This document shows positions 50,431 to 63,635 of a stretch of DNA of 64,000 bases, piece by piece; within the stretch, counting starts at the first letter, position 1; every line of letters begins with the position of its first letter. This DNA comes from Camelus ferus (taxonomy: Eukaryota), in contig NC_045697.1 in assembly GCF_009834535.1 (NCBI RefSeq), forward strand, positions 102,302,001-102,366,000, given 5' to 3'. The notes beneath the pieces were generated by a model. That model saw only the letters and a list, made by a program, of their open reading frames with translations. It searched no databases and was not told the DNA's origin. The translations under genes were made by a program, and so were the position numbers.

Positions 50431-53400
50431 AGAAAAGGGAATAAAATTTCACCGAACTGGGATGCTGCCATTATAGTGACAGCCTGGCACTTTCGCCAGT
50501 TCTTTTCGTGCCGTAAACTGGCATGTTAAACGCCACATGGCCAGGTGAATTCCGCTTGGTTAGCTGTAACCATTAAAATATCACCTGCAGTCAAACATAC
50601 CTTTCAGTCCCTGTGTGTTATTTAAGAGAACTAAGGACCTCGCCCTAGAGCATTTCTTTTGGATAAACCATCTTTAAGGGTTAATGACCCAATGCCTTGC
50701 TTTAGGCCAAAAACTACTTCTAATCAGTCATGAGTCTCCCCCTATTTAGCCTGAAACTCTGATTATTGCTTAATTTAAGCACAAACTACTAGGCCAGCAG
50801 ACCACTGTCTATCTCTGTCCTTTAAACCTAATGAGCACAGATTTCAGTGAATTTAATCAGTTGTTTACTGCAGTTTCGTTCCTGGCGCCAACAGAAAGTG
50901 TGTCCTTCACTTTTATAAAAAACTAAGCGTAATATCCTAAAAGATCAGATCATATTGATTATTTCCTCCATGGATCAACATCATTATATTTGCGATGAGA
51001 TATTTTTAAAGTTACAAATTAGGTAACATTTTATCTCAATATTCTGCCATGTTACTCTCTGTTCACATTTTCTCTCTTAGCACAACTTTGATTAGTTTCT
51101 TGGAACATATAATAGCAATTATCTAATGACCGTGTGACCCATGTTTCTTCAGGCAATTTGATACCATATGATTGCAGAAATACCTTGGGTCCCTAAATTA
51201 GTAACAGAAAATTTATCATGGATTTTTCCAAAGCTGTGCTTTATAAATATTTACTGCAGCGCAAAACTTTGTTATACTTCTTGAGTCTACTTGATAATCT
51301 CCTGATTAGACCATCCCATGCTTGGAGGAGCCAAAGAAACAATGCGGAGTCTGCCAAAGGCAAGTAGTCTGTGTATTTCTTTCAAAATTCTATTTTTTTC
51401 AATAGCGTGTGTTTTTTTTTTTCTGATAAAATAAACGATTTAGACTAACAAGGCACTCGTTGATCTTTGACCTTTTCAGCCACATCAAAAGCATCTTAAA
51501 AGCCAATTAGTGGAAATGCAGAGAAAAGGTCATTTTATTACAGCACTCAACACTGGAACCATATTTTACATAGATTCACATTATCCCATGGCTTTCATTT
51601 GAAAAACAGAAAGATAAAGACTTCAATCATAAAGTAGGTAGATATTTTGCACGCACAAACGATTTTAAGCCTTCCTCATTTTGGATACAGTCATTTTCTT
51701 AGCACAGTCAACACACATAAGGGTCTCTGGTAAACTCTCTTGATGTTCTCTTTTGATGTAGGGACAGCCTTGATAAATGATGTCTATTGATAATCCCCAA
51801 ACCTCATTTTAGTCACTGGCTGTAATTATTTTCTCACAACAGCCCTTCACCAGACTATTTCAGAAGAAGAAATAGATACAAGATTAAACATTAGCTTTTA
51901 TTCTCTGTCCTCTTTTTCTTCTCTGATAGTGCAGATTTTTAGACAGGATAACATAGAGGAAAGGAAAATCAAAGACTTGGATGACTTCAGAATTAAGACC
52001 TCAGAAATTAGAACAATTATTTTATTAAATGATTATTCAGTATACTTATAATAAAATTTCTAAAAATCAGGAATTTTAAGAAGCATTCATTCATTAACTA
52101 TTCTGATTTGATTTGAGGATCTGCAATTTTCAAGGCCGCCCTGGGCTAGATAAACTTTGAATATTATAATAATAGAAAAGACATTGTTACAGTCCTTAGG
52201 AAATTATAGTCTACCAGAAGATGTTGCAATCTGGTCGATGCTTTGCTGTGTTGTGCTGGGACATGATGCTTTCTACCAGTTAATAAGGAATGGTAGAAAT
52301 CATTTTGATTTTGGTAGCAGGTCTTTTCCTGTGGCACAGAGAACCAATTTATCTTTTTTTTTTTTAACTGAGAGGATCAGATTTTTCTCTAAGCAAGACA
52401 TTATCTTTGTATATGTGGCAGACAAGGAAACACATATACAAAAAAAAAAAAAATCCCTAGAACAAAAACCTAAATAGATCCTAAAATAAAGCATAATGCT
52501 ATAATGCTATAATCTAAAAAGTATGTGCAGCTGGTAGAGTAAAATCTCCAAGGTCACTTGTAACATACAAGTATCAGGTATTGAAAAAGTGTATTGGACT
52601 TTGATTTTCTGAGCAAGAATTTCCAGTCTTTTCCTGAATGCTTTTCCTTTAAAGTACAAGCAGACCACATTCATCAAAACCAGATGCTAATGTCTCTCTG
52701 CTCAGTTTCAGTTATCAATATCGAGTTTGAAAGATCCAAAACATTTTTGTAAAAATCGACTATGCCTGTGATCAGACCATACTCACCAGGGCTGACACAA
52801 GCCAAGGTCCGTAAATGCCTTTGAAACAAGAAAAAAATCAAGGTCATCAAACTATGTTTTTCTCTTTATGTTTTTTTAAGTCAAAAAATTACTTGTTCAA
52901 GAAATTTCACATACATGTGCAGCATGCACACATACACACACACATATGCACACACATATTTTTGTTAAGATCTGCTAAACATTAGGCCAGAAGAGAAGCC
53001 AAACTTCCTGATCTGGTTGCTTTAAAAACCACAGATAATGAACAACCCAGCCCTCCAAACTCTGGTTGGCTGGGTGGACCACTGTGTGTCCATATGTTGG
53101 AGGTGTGCAGTCAGCACTGGTGTTGCTACTCCCACAGTCTTGAGTGGATGGGACCAGCCACAAGTTATAGCTCCACAGTTAGTACCAATGTGTTGGTAGA
53201 GATGGGACCATGTTGTATGCTAATATCCTCAAAAGAACATTGAAGTCCTTGAGTTGCCTTGGTGCCCTTCTCTTGGGCATCCAAATTCTAACCATATAGC
53301 ATTTTCTCCAGCTATATTTGAATACTTTCCACAAAAGTCTTTCTTTTCCTCTTAGAGAATAAGACTAATGGCAATGATATCTTAGACAACATTTTATAGT

Positions 53401-53832
53401 TTTTTAAAAATGCATTTGGATACGTGATTTAAGGCTGTTAAAATATACTGCAGCTATAGAATTTCAAAGAGAAAAGTAATCAAATTTAAAAAAAAGAAGA
53501 CTTGACTTCATGAATTCACTTATTGGCATAGAAATGATCCAAAATACCAAGTAGGTGTTAATATTCTGGTATAATATGTGAGAGCAGGTGGCATAATTTA
53601 ATGCTACATGTATATTAAACATGAGCATCTATGTTAAATATGATCTAAACATGCATTTTAAGCTAATCATCTTAAGTATGCAATGGTAAATGAAATAATT
53701 AGGAGCTCTATCCTCATAGACCTTGTAGCCATACATTAAACAAACATAAATTAATAAACACATAAATAAACAAGTAAATAAATAAATGATAATGTGTACA
53801 ATGACTTCTTAAATTTTGTAGTGCATAGATGG

Positions 53833-54272
53833 GGTGATGGTTAATTTTTTGTGTCACTTTAACTGGCCCCTAGATGTTTGGATAAAAATTATTCTGGGGA
53901 TGTCCATGAGGATGTTTCTGGAGGAAAATGACATTTGAATTGGTCAGCTAAATGAATAAAGCAGACTGTCCTCCCTAACGTGGGTGGGCCTCACCCAATC
54001 AATTGAAGGCCTGAATGGAACAAAAAGTTCAAATAAGAGTAAGCATCCCCTGCTTGACTGCCTTCTGGCTGGGCCATCAGTTTTTCCTGCCTTCTGGCTT
54101 GAACTGAAACGTTGGCCCTTCCTGGGTCTCATGCCTGCCAACATTTGCACTAGATCTACACTATTGGCTCTCCTAGGTCTCCAGCTTGCTGACTACAGAT
54201 CTTGGGACTGGTTGGCCTCCACAATCACACACCCTGTTGGTTCTGTTTCTCTAGGGAATCTTGAGTAACACA
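53833..54272 (+). mobile_element. MLT2 (ERVL) solo LTR
   Basis: 'gtgatggttaatttt..gtgtca...gtgggtgggcctcacccaatc..ttgaaggcctgaat...tggttctgtttctctag..aa...taacaca'. Perfect 5-bp TSD gatgg (53828-53832 and 54273-54277). Confidence 0.9.
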
Positions 54273-54329
54273 GATGGTACCTCTTAGGCAGTCTCACTTA
54301 GTCTGAGATGTGGACAATAAATAGAAATT

Positions 54330-55240
54330 CACAAGGTAAAGAGAGTGCAAAGCATCTGTACAATTCTAGAATTGAAAACAGCCCTATGTGGCTGAAATTT
54401 AGTGCAAAACACTAGGCTGTGAATTTTGTTTTACAGTCTAAGTGTAATTATGAAAGGTTTTTAAGCAGGGCCATGACTTGTGTTTACATTTTAAAATATA
54501 TTTTATCCTTAAGCAGTTTTATATTTGCAAAAATAGATCACTAGAACTAGTGACTAGAGGACAGAGTAAAGGTGATGGGTGGGTTGAAAGTGAGATAAGA
54601 CAGGAAGGGGGGTAGCAGTAATGACGGAGAGGAGTAAAAGTAAACAAAAGGTGGACAGGTTGTGGGGGTAAAGTCATCAGAACTGGCTTCCGGCTGAGGA
54701 AGATAAAGGAGAAGGAGGTAAAGTGAAAGATGATTCTCATGTCGATCGCCTGAGCAGGTAGGTTGACATAATTGCATAAGAGGCAGATTTGTAGAGGAAT
54801 AATAATAGTGAAATTTGGGGCATGTCTATGTTCTAAATGTAGTGATCCAAAAGGTGATTTCTGAAATAATTGCGTATAACGATCTGAAGCTCAGTAAAGA
54901 GGTCTTAATGAGAGCTCTGTCTTTAGGACACATAGACTTATAAAGGGTATTAAAGACATGGCAATGGCTGAGATCAGCCAGGAAATAAGCACAGAGCCAG
55001 AAGAAAAGCACCTGGAGGACTGAGCCCTGAGTAAAAGTTTTAAATCTGGGAAGAGAGTGAACCCACAGACGATACCAAGAGACGGTCAGGAAGCAACGTA
55101 GGAGAGTGTGGTGTGACAGAAGTCAAACGAAGAACGGAGGAGGACAGAATGCTAAATAAGAGTGTTGTCAGTTCATTAGAACTGATAAGAGAACATGAAA
55201 ATTTGGCAGATGGAGATAACTGGGGGTGGGAAAAGAAACC
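54330..55240 (-). mobile_element. L2 remnant
   Basis: Purine-rich decayed antisense L2 blocks ('ttttaagcagggccatgac', 'tctgaagctcag', 'ggactgagccctga'). Confidence 0.55.
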
Positions 55241-55584
55241 CATAAAGAGGGATTACCATATCTAGGAGGGGGAAAGATTACCCTAGTAAACAGTTCAAGA
55301 CTGGTAGGATCATGTCACAACCAAAGTAACAGATTCAAGGAAAATCTGAAAATACAATAGAAGAATTCTGTACATAATTTCTGGAATTGCCTGCTTTTCT
55401 CAGATAGTAGGTCAACTCTATATGTACTATTTCACTGTGAACATTATTGTGTTAGAAACAGAGTTTAATAGGTAGGTTATTCCCCCCCATTTGGTTAAAT
55501 TCAAGTTGCCTGCACAGAAAAAAAAAGAAGTGCCAAAACTACTAAAAAGTTTCATAGAAAATTTAAGTCAAATAAAGATCTGAT

Positions 55585-58500
55585 CATAATAGAGTAAGTA
55601 GGCCTAGAGCTACCCCCACCCCTGTCATAATCAGCTAGAAAACTAGGAAGAATATATGGAGCCATTGTTCACAGACGTTGGCATTGCAGGATGTGTGGTT
55701 CTGTAATCCCTGGGAGATGGGAGCCCTCTGTTTGTCCTGGCTCTCTGCCTAGAGGTGTGTTTATATCATGACCTGGAGAGAGGGATCTCAAGCAGAGCAC
55801 AGGTGTATTACTGACTTGAGGAGACAGAGATAGGAGTTCAGAGAGCCTGAGGCAAAGGAATTTGAGGAGCAGAGAACTGGGAGGAGGGAGAAACCCATGG
55901 AGAGCTTAAGAAAGCTCCTTAGGAGCCCTCCTAAGCCTTTGGTTGAAAACGGGGCCATACATACTTAGTGTGAAGCTCAGTGAGTCTGGGCAAAGAAAGA
56001 ACAGGGGATTTGTAAACTGAATAATTCCCAGATTGGGAGACATTTATGTACAGATACCCACAGTGGAGAGATTTCTTTACCACTTGAGAAATTCAGTAGC
56101 GATCTCAGAAATGTCATGCTTAAGTGGGAAGCCTAAAGTAGCACTAGAGTAGCTCTCACTAAGCTTAATAGCAGACTTTGAAAAGATTGAGATGATCTGC
56201 AAGTAAGTAAACTACTTGCTAGAACAAAATTCGACGTTCTTTAAAAGAAGATAAATACAACGCAAATACTCATCAGTTGAACACTGACGGTGTCTAGAAG
56301 TCAATAAAAAAATTGCTAGATATTGGGGTGAGGAGAAAACAACAGGAAAATACTATCTACATTCAGGAGAAAAATCAGTAAAACAAAAACAGAAACAAAA
56401 AAAACAGACTCAGAAATGACAAAGATGATGGACTTAGCAAATAAGGACTTACAAATATAATATCTAAAATGCTTATTTAATTGAATGGAATTAATAGCAG
56501 ATTAAACATTTAGAAGTAAAGAGCAATGAGCTTGAACTCATAGCAATAGAAACTATTCAAACCAAAGCACAAACTAAAACATTGATATGAAATTAATAGA
56601 ATCCCAGTGACCTCTGGAAACATCAAGTAGTCAAATGTGCATGTAATAGTAATCTTCAAAAGTGGAGCAGAGGAGAAGAGAAAAATTTTTGAAGAGTAGT
56701 TGAAAATTTTTCAAATGAAAACTAAAAACCCACAATTCTAAAAAGCTCAATAAACCCTGTACAGGATAAATAAAAAGAAAACTACATGTAGGCATATCAT
56801 AAACAAATTTCTGAAAAGAAATGATAAAGAGAAAAATAGAAAAAAATCAACTACATCTTGCACAAAGGAACAAAGATAAGAAATATCACAGACATCTTGA
56901 ATTAAACTTTGCAAGTCAAAAGATCTTTAAAGTGCTGAAAGAATAAAAACAAACAATCTCCCTGTCGTTCTAGAAATATCTTTCTAAAATATAAGCACAA
57001 ATTAGAAAAACAAAGACTACGGAACTGTGTTGCTAGCAGACCTAAAAAATGTTAGAAAGTTCTCAGGTAAAAGGAAAATGATGGCAGATGGAAATTAATG
57101 TCTACACTGAGGAATGAAATGAGCCAGAAATGGTAATTGTGTGAATAAATAGTAAAGACTTTTTCATCGTTCCTGAATTTCTTGAAAATAAAATTAACTG
57201 ATTACAGTAAAAACAATGACAATATTTATGGTGTTTATAACATGTAGAAAATAAAATATATGACCAAAATAGAACAAAACCCAGGAGGGAAAATGAAAGC
57301 ATACTTTTTTAAGGTTGTTGCTTTATATTTAGGCAGTACAGTATTATTTGAAGGTAGAATGTGATAAGTTAAAACTAAACTCCAGAACAGCTACTACAAA
57401 ATTAAACAAATTTAGTTTAAATCCAAGAATAGAAATGACATGATTACTAAAAAAATAGGTAATTATCCAAAAAAAGACAAGAAATGAAAGAAAGAATAGA
57501 ATAGAAACCAAATATCAAAATAGATTTAAATGAAACCCTATCAATAATTCTATTAAATGTAAATCATCTAAATGCTCCAAGTGAAAGGCAGAGCTTATCA
57601 GACTTGATTTTTTTTAAAGCAAGAATTAACTGTATTCTGTCTAGAAGAAACTTTAGGTATACAGTACACATATAGATCACAAGTAAAATGACTGAAAATA
57701 TATACCATACTAAAAATAATCTTAAAAAAAAGCTGGAGTAGCTATATTGATAGCTGGCAAAGTAAACTTGGAACAAGAAATACTACAATGATAGAATATT
57801 TTGTAATGATAAAGAAGATACAACAATTTCAAATGTGTGCATACTCAACAGTAGAAGTTCAAAATACCTGAAGCAAAAGCAAAAAGTCCTCTCTGAGTAA
57901 TTGATAGATATAGACATGAAAATAGCAAAGATTTTGTTGCAGAAAAGCGTGTGACAGCTCAGTGTTCCAGCTCAGTTGTGACAGCAACCTGAATCCGGGT
58001 AAGAGACCAAGTAGCACTCGGAGGGTTGGAGAACTCAGGTTTATTATGCCAGTGGGCAGAGAGGAGTTAACACTCCAAGCTCTGGACCCCATCTATAGGT
58101 TTACACAGGCTTTTATAGGCTACCAGTCTAGACTTTGCAACATTTTGTAACATCATATGCAAATAAGGTATATTTAGGTGATATATTAGGAACAATTAGG
58201 TGACTAATTAGGAACAAGCTTTGTAGAAATGGACCAATCAGGAGTGAGAGAAATAACCAATCAGGAGTGAGCTCCATGCAAATGAAGCACTACAAATGGA
58301 CTAATCAAGAGTTACTTCAGGGAACCAACAGAAGTTTAGGGGTAAGTTCCACTTTCCTAGAAGTAAGCTGTTTCAGAGGCAAAAAGTGAGATAAAGCCGC
58401 TGGGCCAGGGAACTGGATGGTGCTGGCAAGGGAGTAGTGGCACAGCTGGGGTTCCTGCTGGTCTTTTTTATGGGGCTTCCCACCTCAATTTAGTAGGCAT

Positions 58501-60040
58501 AAATAACACTATCAACCAATTTGACCTAATTATCATCATTTATAGAACATTTCCCTCAACATCAGCAGAATGCACATATCATTTCCAAGAACCCATGGAA
58601 TATTTACAAACTATATGTTGGAACATCTTCAAACTACTGAAACAAGTTTCAATAAATCTAAAAGGACTGTAATCATATAGAATGTGTTTGTTAACAATAA
58701 TGGAATTAAATTAGAAATCAAATATAAAACATTTTTTAAATCCCCAAATATTTGAAAACTAAATCCCATAATTCTAAATAACTCATGGATCAAAGAAGAA
58801 ATCACGAGGGATATTAGAAAATATTTTCAACTGAATTAAGATGAAATCACAGAGCACTGAAATTTGTGGGTTGAAGCTAAAACAATGCTTAGAAGGAAAT
58901 TTATAATTTTAAATGCTTATATTAGAAAATAATGTGTCTAAGAGCAATAATTTTTATAATTTCTACCTTAAGAAGCTAGAAAAAGCAAGGTAAATTATAC
59001 TTAGGAGAAGGAAGGAAATAATTGAGTATTCATCAATGAAATGAACAACAAACAAAGAACAGAAAAAATTAATAAAATCAAAACCTGAATCTTTAAAGAG
59101 ATTAATAAAATTCATAAGCCTCTAGTTAGATAAATGGAAAAAAGATGGGGAGAAAAGACACGCATTATCAATAGAAGGAATGAAAAGAGGACATCACTAC
59201 AGAACCTATAAATATTAAAATTATAGTAATGAATTATTAAAGTAAACTTAGATTAAAAATGAACAGTTTCCTGTGGTAGACAAATAACCAAAACTCACCA
59301 AAGAAGAAACAAAAACCTTAATAGCCCTTTGGCTATTAAAATGGTAATTCAAAACCTCCCCTTAAAGAGTGTTAAAGGCCCAGTTGGCTTCAGTGGTGAA
59401 TTATATCAAATGTTTAGTAAAGAAAATGCCTATAAAATAATTCAAATTATTTTATAAAGTAAGAGTTGGGAAGAGCACATCTCAACTTATTTTATCAAAC
59501 TGGTAACAAAACCAGACAAAGACTTTACAAATAAATTACAGACTAATATTCCTCACGAGATTAGATGTAGAAACACTTTAAAAAGTATCAGCAAATCAAA
59601 TCAATAAGATAAAAAGATAACACATTATGACATAGAGCAGTTTATTCCATAAATGCAAGGTTGTATGAGTTCATGAAAATTATTCAATGCAATTCACCAC
59701 ATTAACAGATTAAAGGGAAAAGTGTATAGCTGTCTCAATTGATGTAGGAAAAACATAGACAAAATCCAATACCCTTTCAGAATAAAAAAAATTCTTAACA
59801 AAGTAGCAATAGAAGGAAACCTCTAACTTAATAAAGTACATCTATGAAATACCTATAGCCAATTTATTCTCAATGATCAAACACTAAATGCTCTCCCCTT
59901 AAGATCAAGAATAAAACAAGATGATCTGCTCTTTGCACTTCTATTCATTTTTGTGCTGAAGATCATGAAAGCTAGTGAAACCAAGGAACAAAAAAGCAGT
60001 AAAAGACATAGTTAGGAAATAAAAAAGTAAAGCTCTCTAT
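55585..60040 (+). mobile_element. Old L1 (L1M4/L1MC-MD grade): 5' UTR, decayed ORF1 and ORF2 to the RT region, 3' end absent
   Basis: 5' UTR-like block at 55.6-56.3 kb and A-rich ORF1 remnant at 56.4-57.1 kb. ORF2 remnants include the endonuclease start 'taaatgtaaat..tctaaatgctccaagtgaaaggcaga' near 57555 and RT motifs 'aaggcccagttggcttcagtggtgaatt' near 59375 and 'ccccttaagatcaagaataaaacaaga' near 59895. All frames are broken. Confidence 0.85.
57935..58487 (-). mobile_element. ERV1-class solo LTR inserted in L1 ORF2
   Basis: Minus-strand termini TGAGG...GCAACA, perfect 4-bp TSD attt (57931-57934 and 58488-58491), minus-strand TATAAAA (58111-58117) and AATAAA (58040-58045). Confidence 0.9.
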
Positions 60041-60249
60041 CCAGTTTTCTTTTTCTAAATAAGTCCGTTGCATCAATTTCTTTCTTTTTGTTTTTCGGTT
60101 TTACCCTCTGTGTTCTAGTTCACAGCTGAGGACATTATTTTAGCTCTTGGTCTGTGAAAGAACAAACTCTCTTTCTGCCTGGAATCTGTCTGCTGCTTAG
60201 CCAGGTTATAACTGTTCTTCTCAAATCCATCAAAGTCAAACTTCAGACC

Positions 60250-60840
60250 TCTGGTAAGGTATGAAAATGGCCACCAATTACTTCCATTCCTGAAGGTATA
60301 CTCCTTTGCAACATTACTTTACAGCTCAACTTGTCGAAGAGCAGTCCATGTCTTCACCCTTTGAATCTTTCCTTTTTACTTGCTTTGGCCAATGGAGAAC
60401 TGCAGGAGTGACTTGAGTCAGTTCAAATCTAGACCTCAAGAGACTTGTTTCCACTCTTGCCTTTGGAAGCCTGCCATGCCATGAGAAAAAGCTTGAGCTG
60501 TCCTGCTGGATGACAGGAGACTGTTTGGAAGAGAACCAAAATGCCCTAACTTACAGCCAGTCATTGAGCCTGGCCTTCAGCAGCAAACCGTCAGCTGAAA
60601 CCAGCCCAAATTGCTAATCAGAAAATTAGTGCAGCAGGGATGGGTATAGCTCAGTGGGAGAGCCCATGCTTAGCATGCACAAAGTCCTGGGTTCAATTCC
60701 CAGTGCCCCCATTAAAAAAATAAGTGCATAAAAAAAATAAAATAACTTTAAAAAAAGAAAATCAGTACATTAACATAACAGCTGTCTTAAGCCACTAAAC
60801 TTTGAACCTGTTTGTGACCCATTAAATGCTATCTAATAAA
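60250..60840 (+). mobile_element. MLT1 (G/H-like) LTR, interrupted by a SINE
   Basis: 'aaaatggccac...cttgctttggccaat...ccagcccaaattgc...ttaagccactaaa'. Confidence 0.7.
60634..60755 (+). mobile_element. tRNA-derived SINE (camelid Vic-1-like)
   Basis: 'gggtatagctcagtgggagagcccatgcttagcatgcac...ctgggttcaattccc' plus an A-tail. TSD agaaaattagtgca (60620-60633) / agaaaatcagtaca (60756-60769). Confidence 0.88.
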
Positions 60841-61035
60841 AGTATTCTTTATAATTTGCTCATAGAATGACCTCTTTTTATTTTTTGGCTTCTAGTATCA
60901 TCTCCTCAAAGTTGAATCTGTATTCATTTTCCCCATCTCCTCTTACTGGGTACAAGTGAGAGTTCTATGTCCCATAACCTATATGGACTCTTTCAAAGTT
61001 TCAACTTCTTTCACAGCTTTGCCCTGCTAAATGAC

Positions 61036-61053
61036 GTGTGTGTGTGTGTGTGT
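61036..61053. repeat. (GT)n microsatellite
   Basis: Directly visible. Confidence 0.9.
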
Positions 61054-61399
61054 ATTTAGTCTGAAAGCAGAAATCAAATTAAATTTAAAAAAGACTGATG
61101 TGAGCCTAAAGAATTATTATTTAACTGAAAATAGAAACAGTTCCCTTTACCTTTATCTTCAACTTATTTTTGATGCAGTGTCTGGTGGTTAGCAATTTAT
61201 AAAGGGACATAAAAATAGTTAAATAATTGATGTATTTTGCCATTTTAACGCACATATCCAAGGAAAGTAAAATAAAAAAGTAATTTTCATCAGAACAGTT
61301 TGTGACATGGTGGCTTAGTTTATATGAGCCTTATTTGGAATGTCTCCTGTCAGAAGTGGAAAAGTCCAGATGTTCACATTGCAACCTCCAATGTGTAGC

Positions 61400-63060
61400 T
61401 CATTCACTTATTCATTCAGCAAACATGCATTCATTACCTCTTGTGTGCTAGGCCCTATACTAGACTGAGGTTACAATGATGGAAAAGACAAAGACCCCAC
61501 TGCAGCATTTCAAAACACTGGATTTTAGAGACTACCCATGGGATGGATTGTACTTTTGTTAGTAAAGCACTGAAGCTTATACACTATATTGTTTTAAGGA
61601 TCTCCCTGTTAGAAATACACTCATCACTTATATTTTTATATACTGTTTTAGGTAGGACAGAATCAAGTGACGTAACAGCCCTTGGCTATAATTCTAGATA
61701 TGCTCATCAAATGTCACATGTGGGAAATACATCTGTCACGTATTTTGTCACAGTAATAAAACCACGGACTTGTGTGGGGCAGAAAGAGGCATATGTGATT
61801 AAACTGTTAAGGACAGGATAACACAGTATGGTGGCACCTAGGTGAGCAGGCCATGGCAGAGGCTTTGTATAGAAGATAATTCTTGATGTGGGAGGCAAAT
61901 GGGTGCCTGCTATTTGGGCAAGATGTCAAGGAAGGAGAGGGTATTAAAGGCATAAGCAGCAATACCAAAGATGGAAAATGAAGGAAACAGTGTTTGGCAT
62001 GGATATGAGTAAGGGACAGAGCACGGAGCACGGGGAAGGGGAGGGAGACACAACAAGGTCAGAGAGGTTGGCTGAGGCTGGATCGGTTGTAGAAGGTTCG
62101 CCATGCTGAATTTGGACTTATTTTTGTAGATGACAGGGAAATTACTGAATCATTCTGTGTGGGTAAATGCTAGAGAGAATTTGACTTAGAAAGGTCTCTC
62201 TGGAGGTATTTTGGACAGCAAATGAAGGGATGGAGACAAGTGAGGCCCAGCTTAAAAAAAAATTACAATAAAAATGCAAGAGAAGGCAAGGGCCTAAGGC
62301 CAACTCAGTGGTAGGGAAGGAGAGGACTAATAGCCAAGACATGGGAACAACCTAAATGTCCATCCACAGATGACTGGATAAAGAAGTTGTGGTACATTTA
62401 TACAATGGAATACTACTCAGCCATAAAAATAATAACATAATGCCATTTGCAGCAACATGGATGGACCTGGAGAATGTCATTCTAAGCGAAGTAAGCCAGA
62501 AAGAGAAAGAAAAATACTATATGATATCACTTATATGTGTAATTTAAAAAAAAAAAAAAAGACAAAGGAACTTACATACAAAACAGAAACAGACTCACAG
62601 ACATAGAAAACAAACTTATGGTTACCAAAAGAAGGAAGGGGGTAGGAAGAGATAAATTGGGAATTTGAGATTTGCATATAATAATATATATAAAATAGGT
62701 AAACAACAAGTTCATACTGTATAGCACAAAGAACTATATTCAATATCTTGTAGTAACTTATAGTGAAAAAGAATATGAAAACGAATATATGTATGTTTAT
62801 GTGTGACTGAAGCATTGTGCTGTACACCAGAAATTGACATATTGTAAACTGATTATATGTCAATAAAAATACACACACACACACACACTCACGAAAATCA
62901 ACCTGAACCTTAAAAGAAAAAAAAATGAAATTTAAGTCTTGTTGGAATGTGACTGGCAACAGAAGAGGAACTGGCCAGGATGACTCAGCTTTTGGACCTG
63001 GAGCATTAACTGGGTGAAGAGTGGTCTCATTAAGCACAGTAAGAAGTAGGCCAATAAGTT
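61400..63060 (-). mobile_element. L2 remnants, interrupted by the L1 at 62329
   Basis: 'cattcacttattcattcagcaaacat...tgtgctaggc' near 61400 and purine-rich L2 blocks at 61800-62328 and 62930-63060. Confidence 0.6.
62329..62890 (+). mobile_element. 5'-truncated young L1 (ORF2 C-terminus plus 3' UTR) ending in (CA)n
   Basis: Translates to IAKTWEQPKCPSTDDWIKKLWYIYTMEYYSAIK (L1 ORF2 C-terminus) before a frameshift. The 3' UTR resembles the copy at 517. Confidence 0.93.
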
Positions 63061-63635
63061 TTCAGTGATTTCAGAAATTGATGAGGCTAGCAGACAGTGA
63101 TAATTGACTTGTCACGGAAGTAGAATAGGGAAGAGGCGGTTCTCTGGGACATCCAAGGAGAGTGTTTCACGGGTATCTTGAGTCCCTAGTTCTACTTACT
63201 GGCTGAGCAAGTGTCTTATAGACACATACATTAATGCTGAGGGACCCAGCCTGAATAATGGGCTAATGATCTTCTTTTGCAGATGGCAAAATATTGATAT
63301 TGCGAACTGTAATTCAGTGTACAACCTACCTAAGATACTCAAAGAGTTCTTTTGCATTCTCATTACTCTGGGACCCATGTTCTTAGGCAAGTCTCTGAAC
63401 CTCACTTTTCTGAGAGCATCCTGAACTAGATGGTTCCTAACTTTAACAACAGAATCTGTTCTGCATTGGAAAACAAAAAGGGACCTCATTACTGAATAAG
63501 ACCTAGGAGAGTGACTGGGTGTGCCTGCGTGAATAAACTGAGTACTATATTTCCTCAGAAATACTATAGGGGGCATTGTCAGCTGGAACCTTCCTCTATG
63601 GCAATCACATCCATTTTCCCAGTATTTTAAAAAAA

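Noticed and set aside
62531..63037. 168-aa hydrophobic minus-strand ORF
   Set aside because: It is the antisense reading of an L1 3' UTR and (CA)n.
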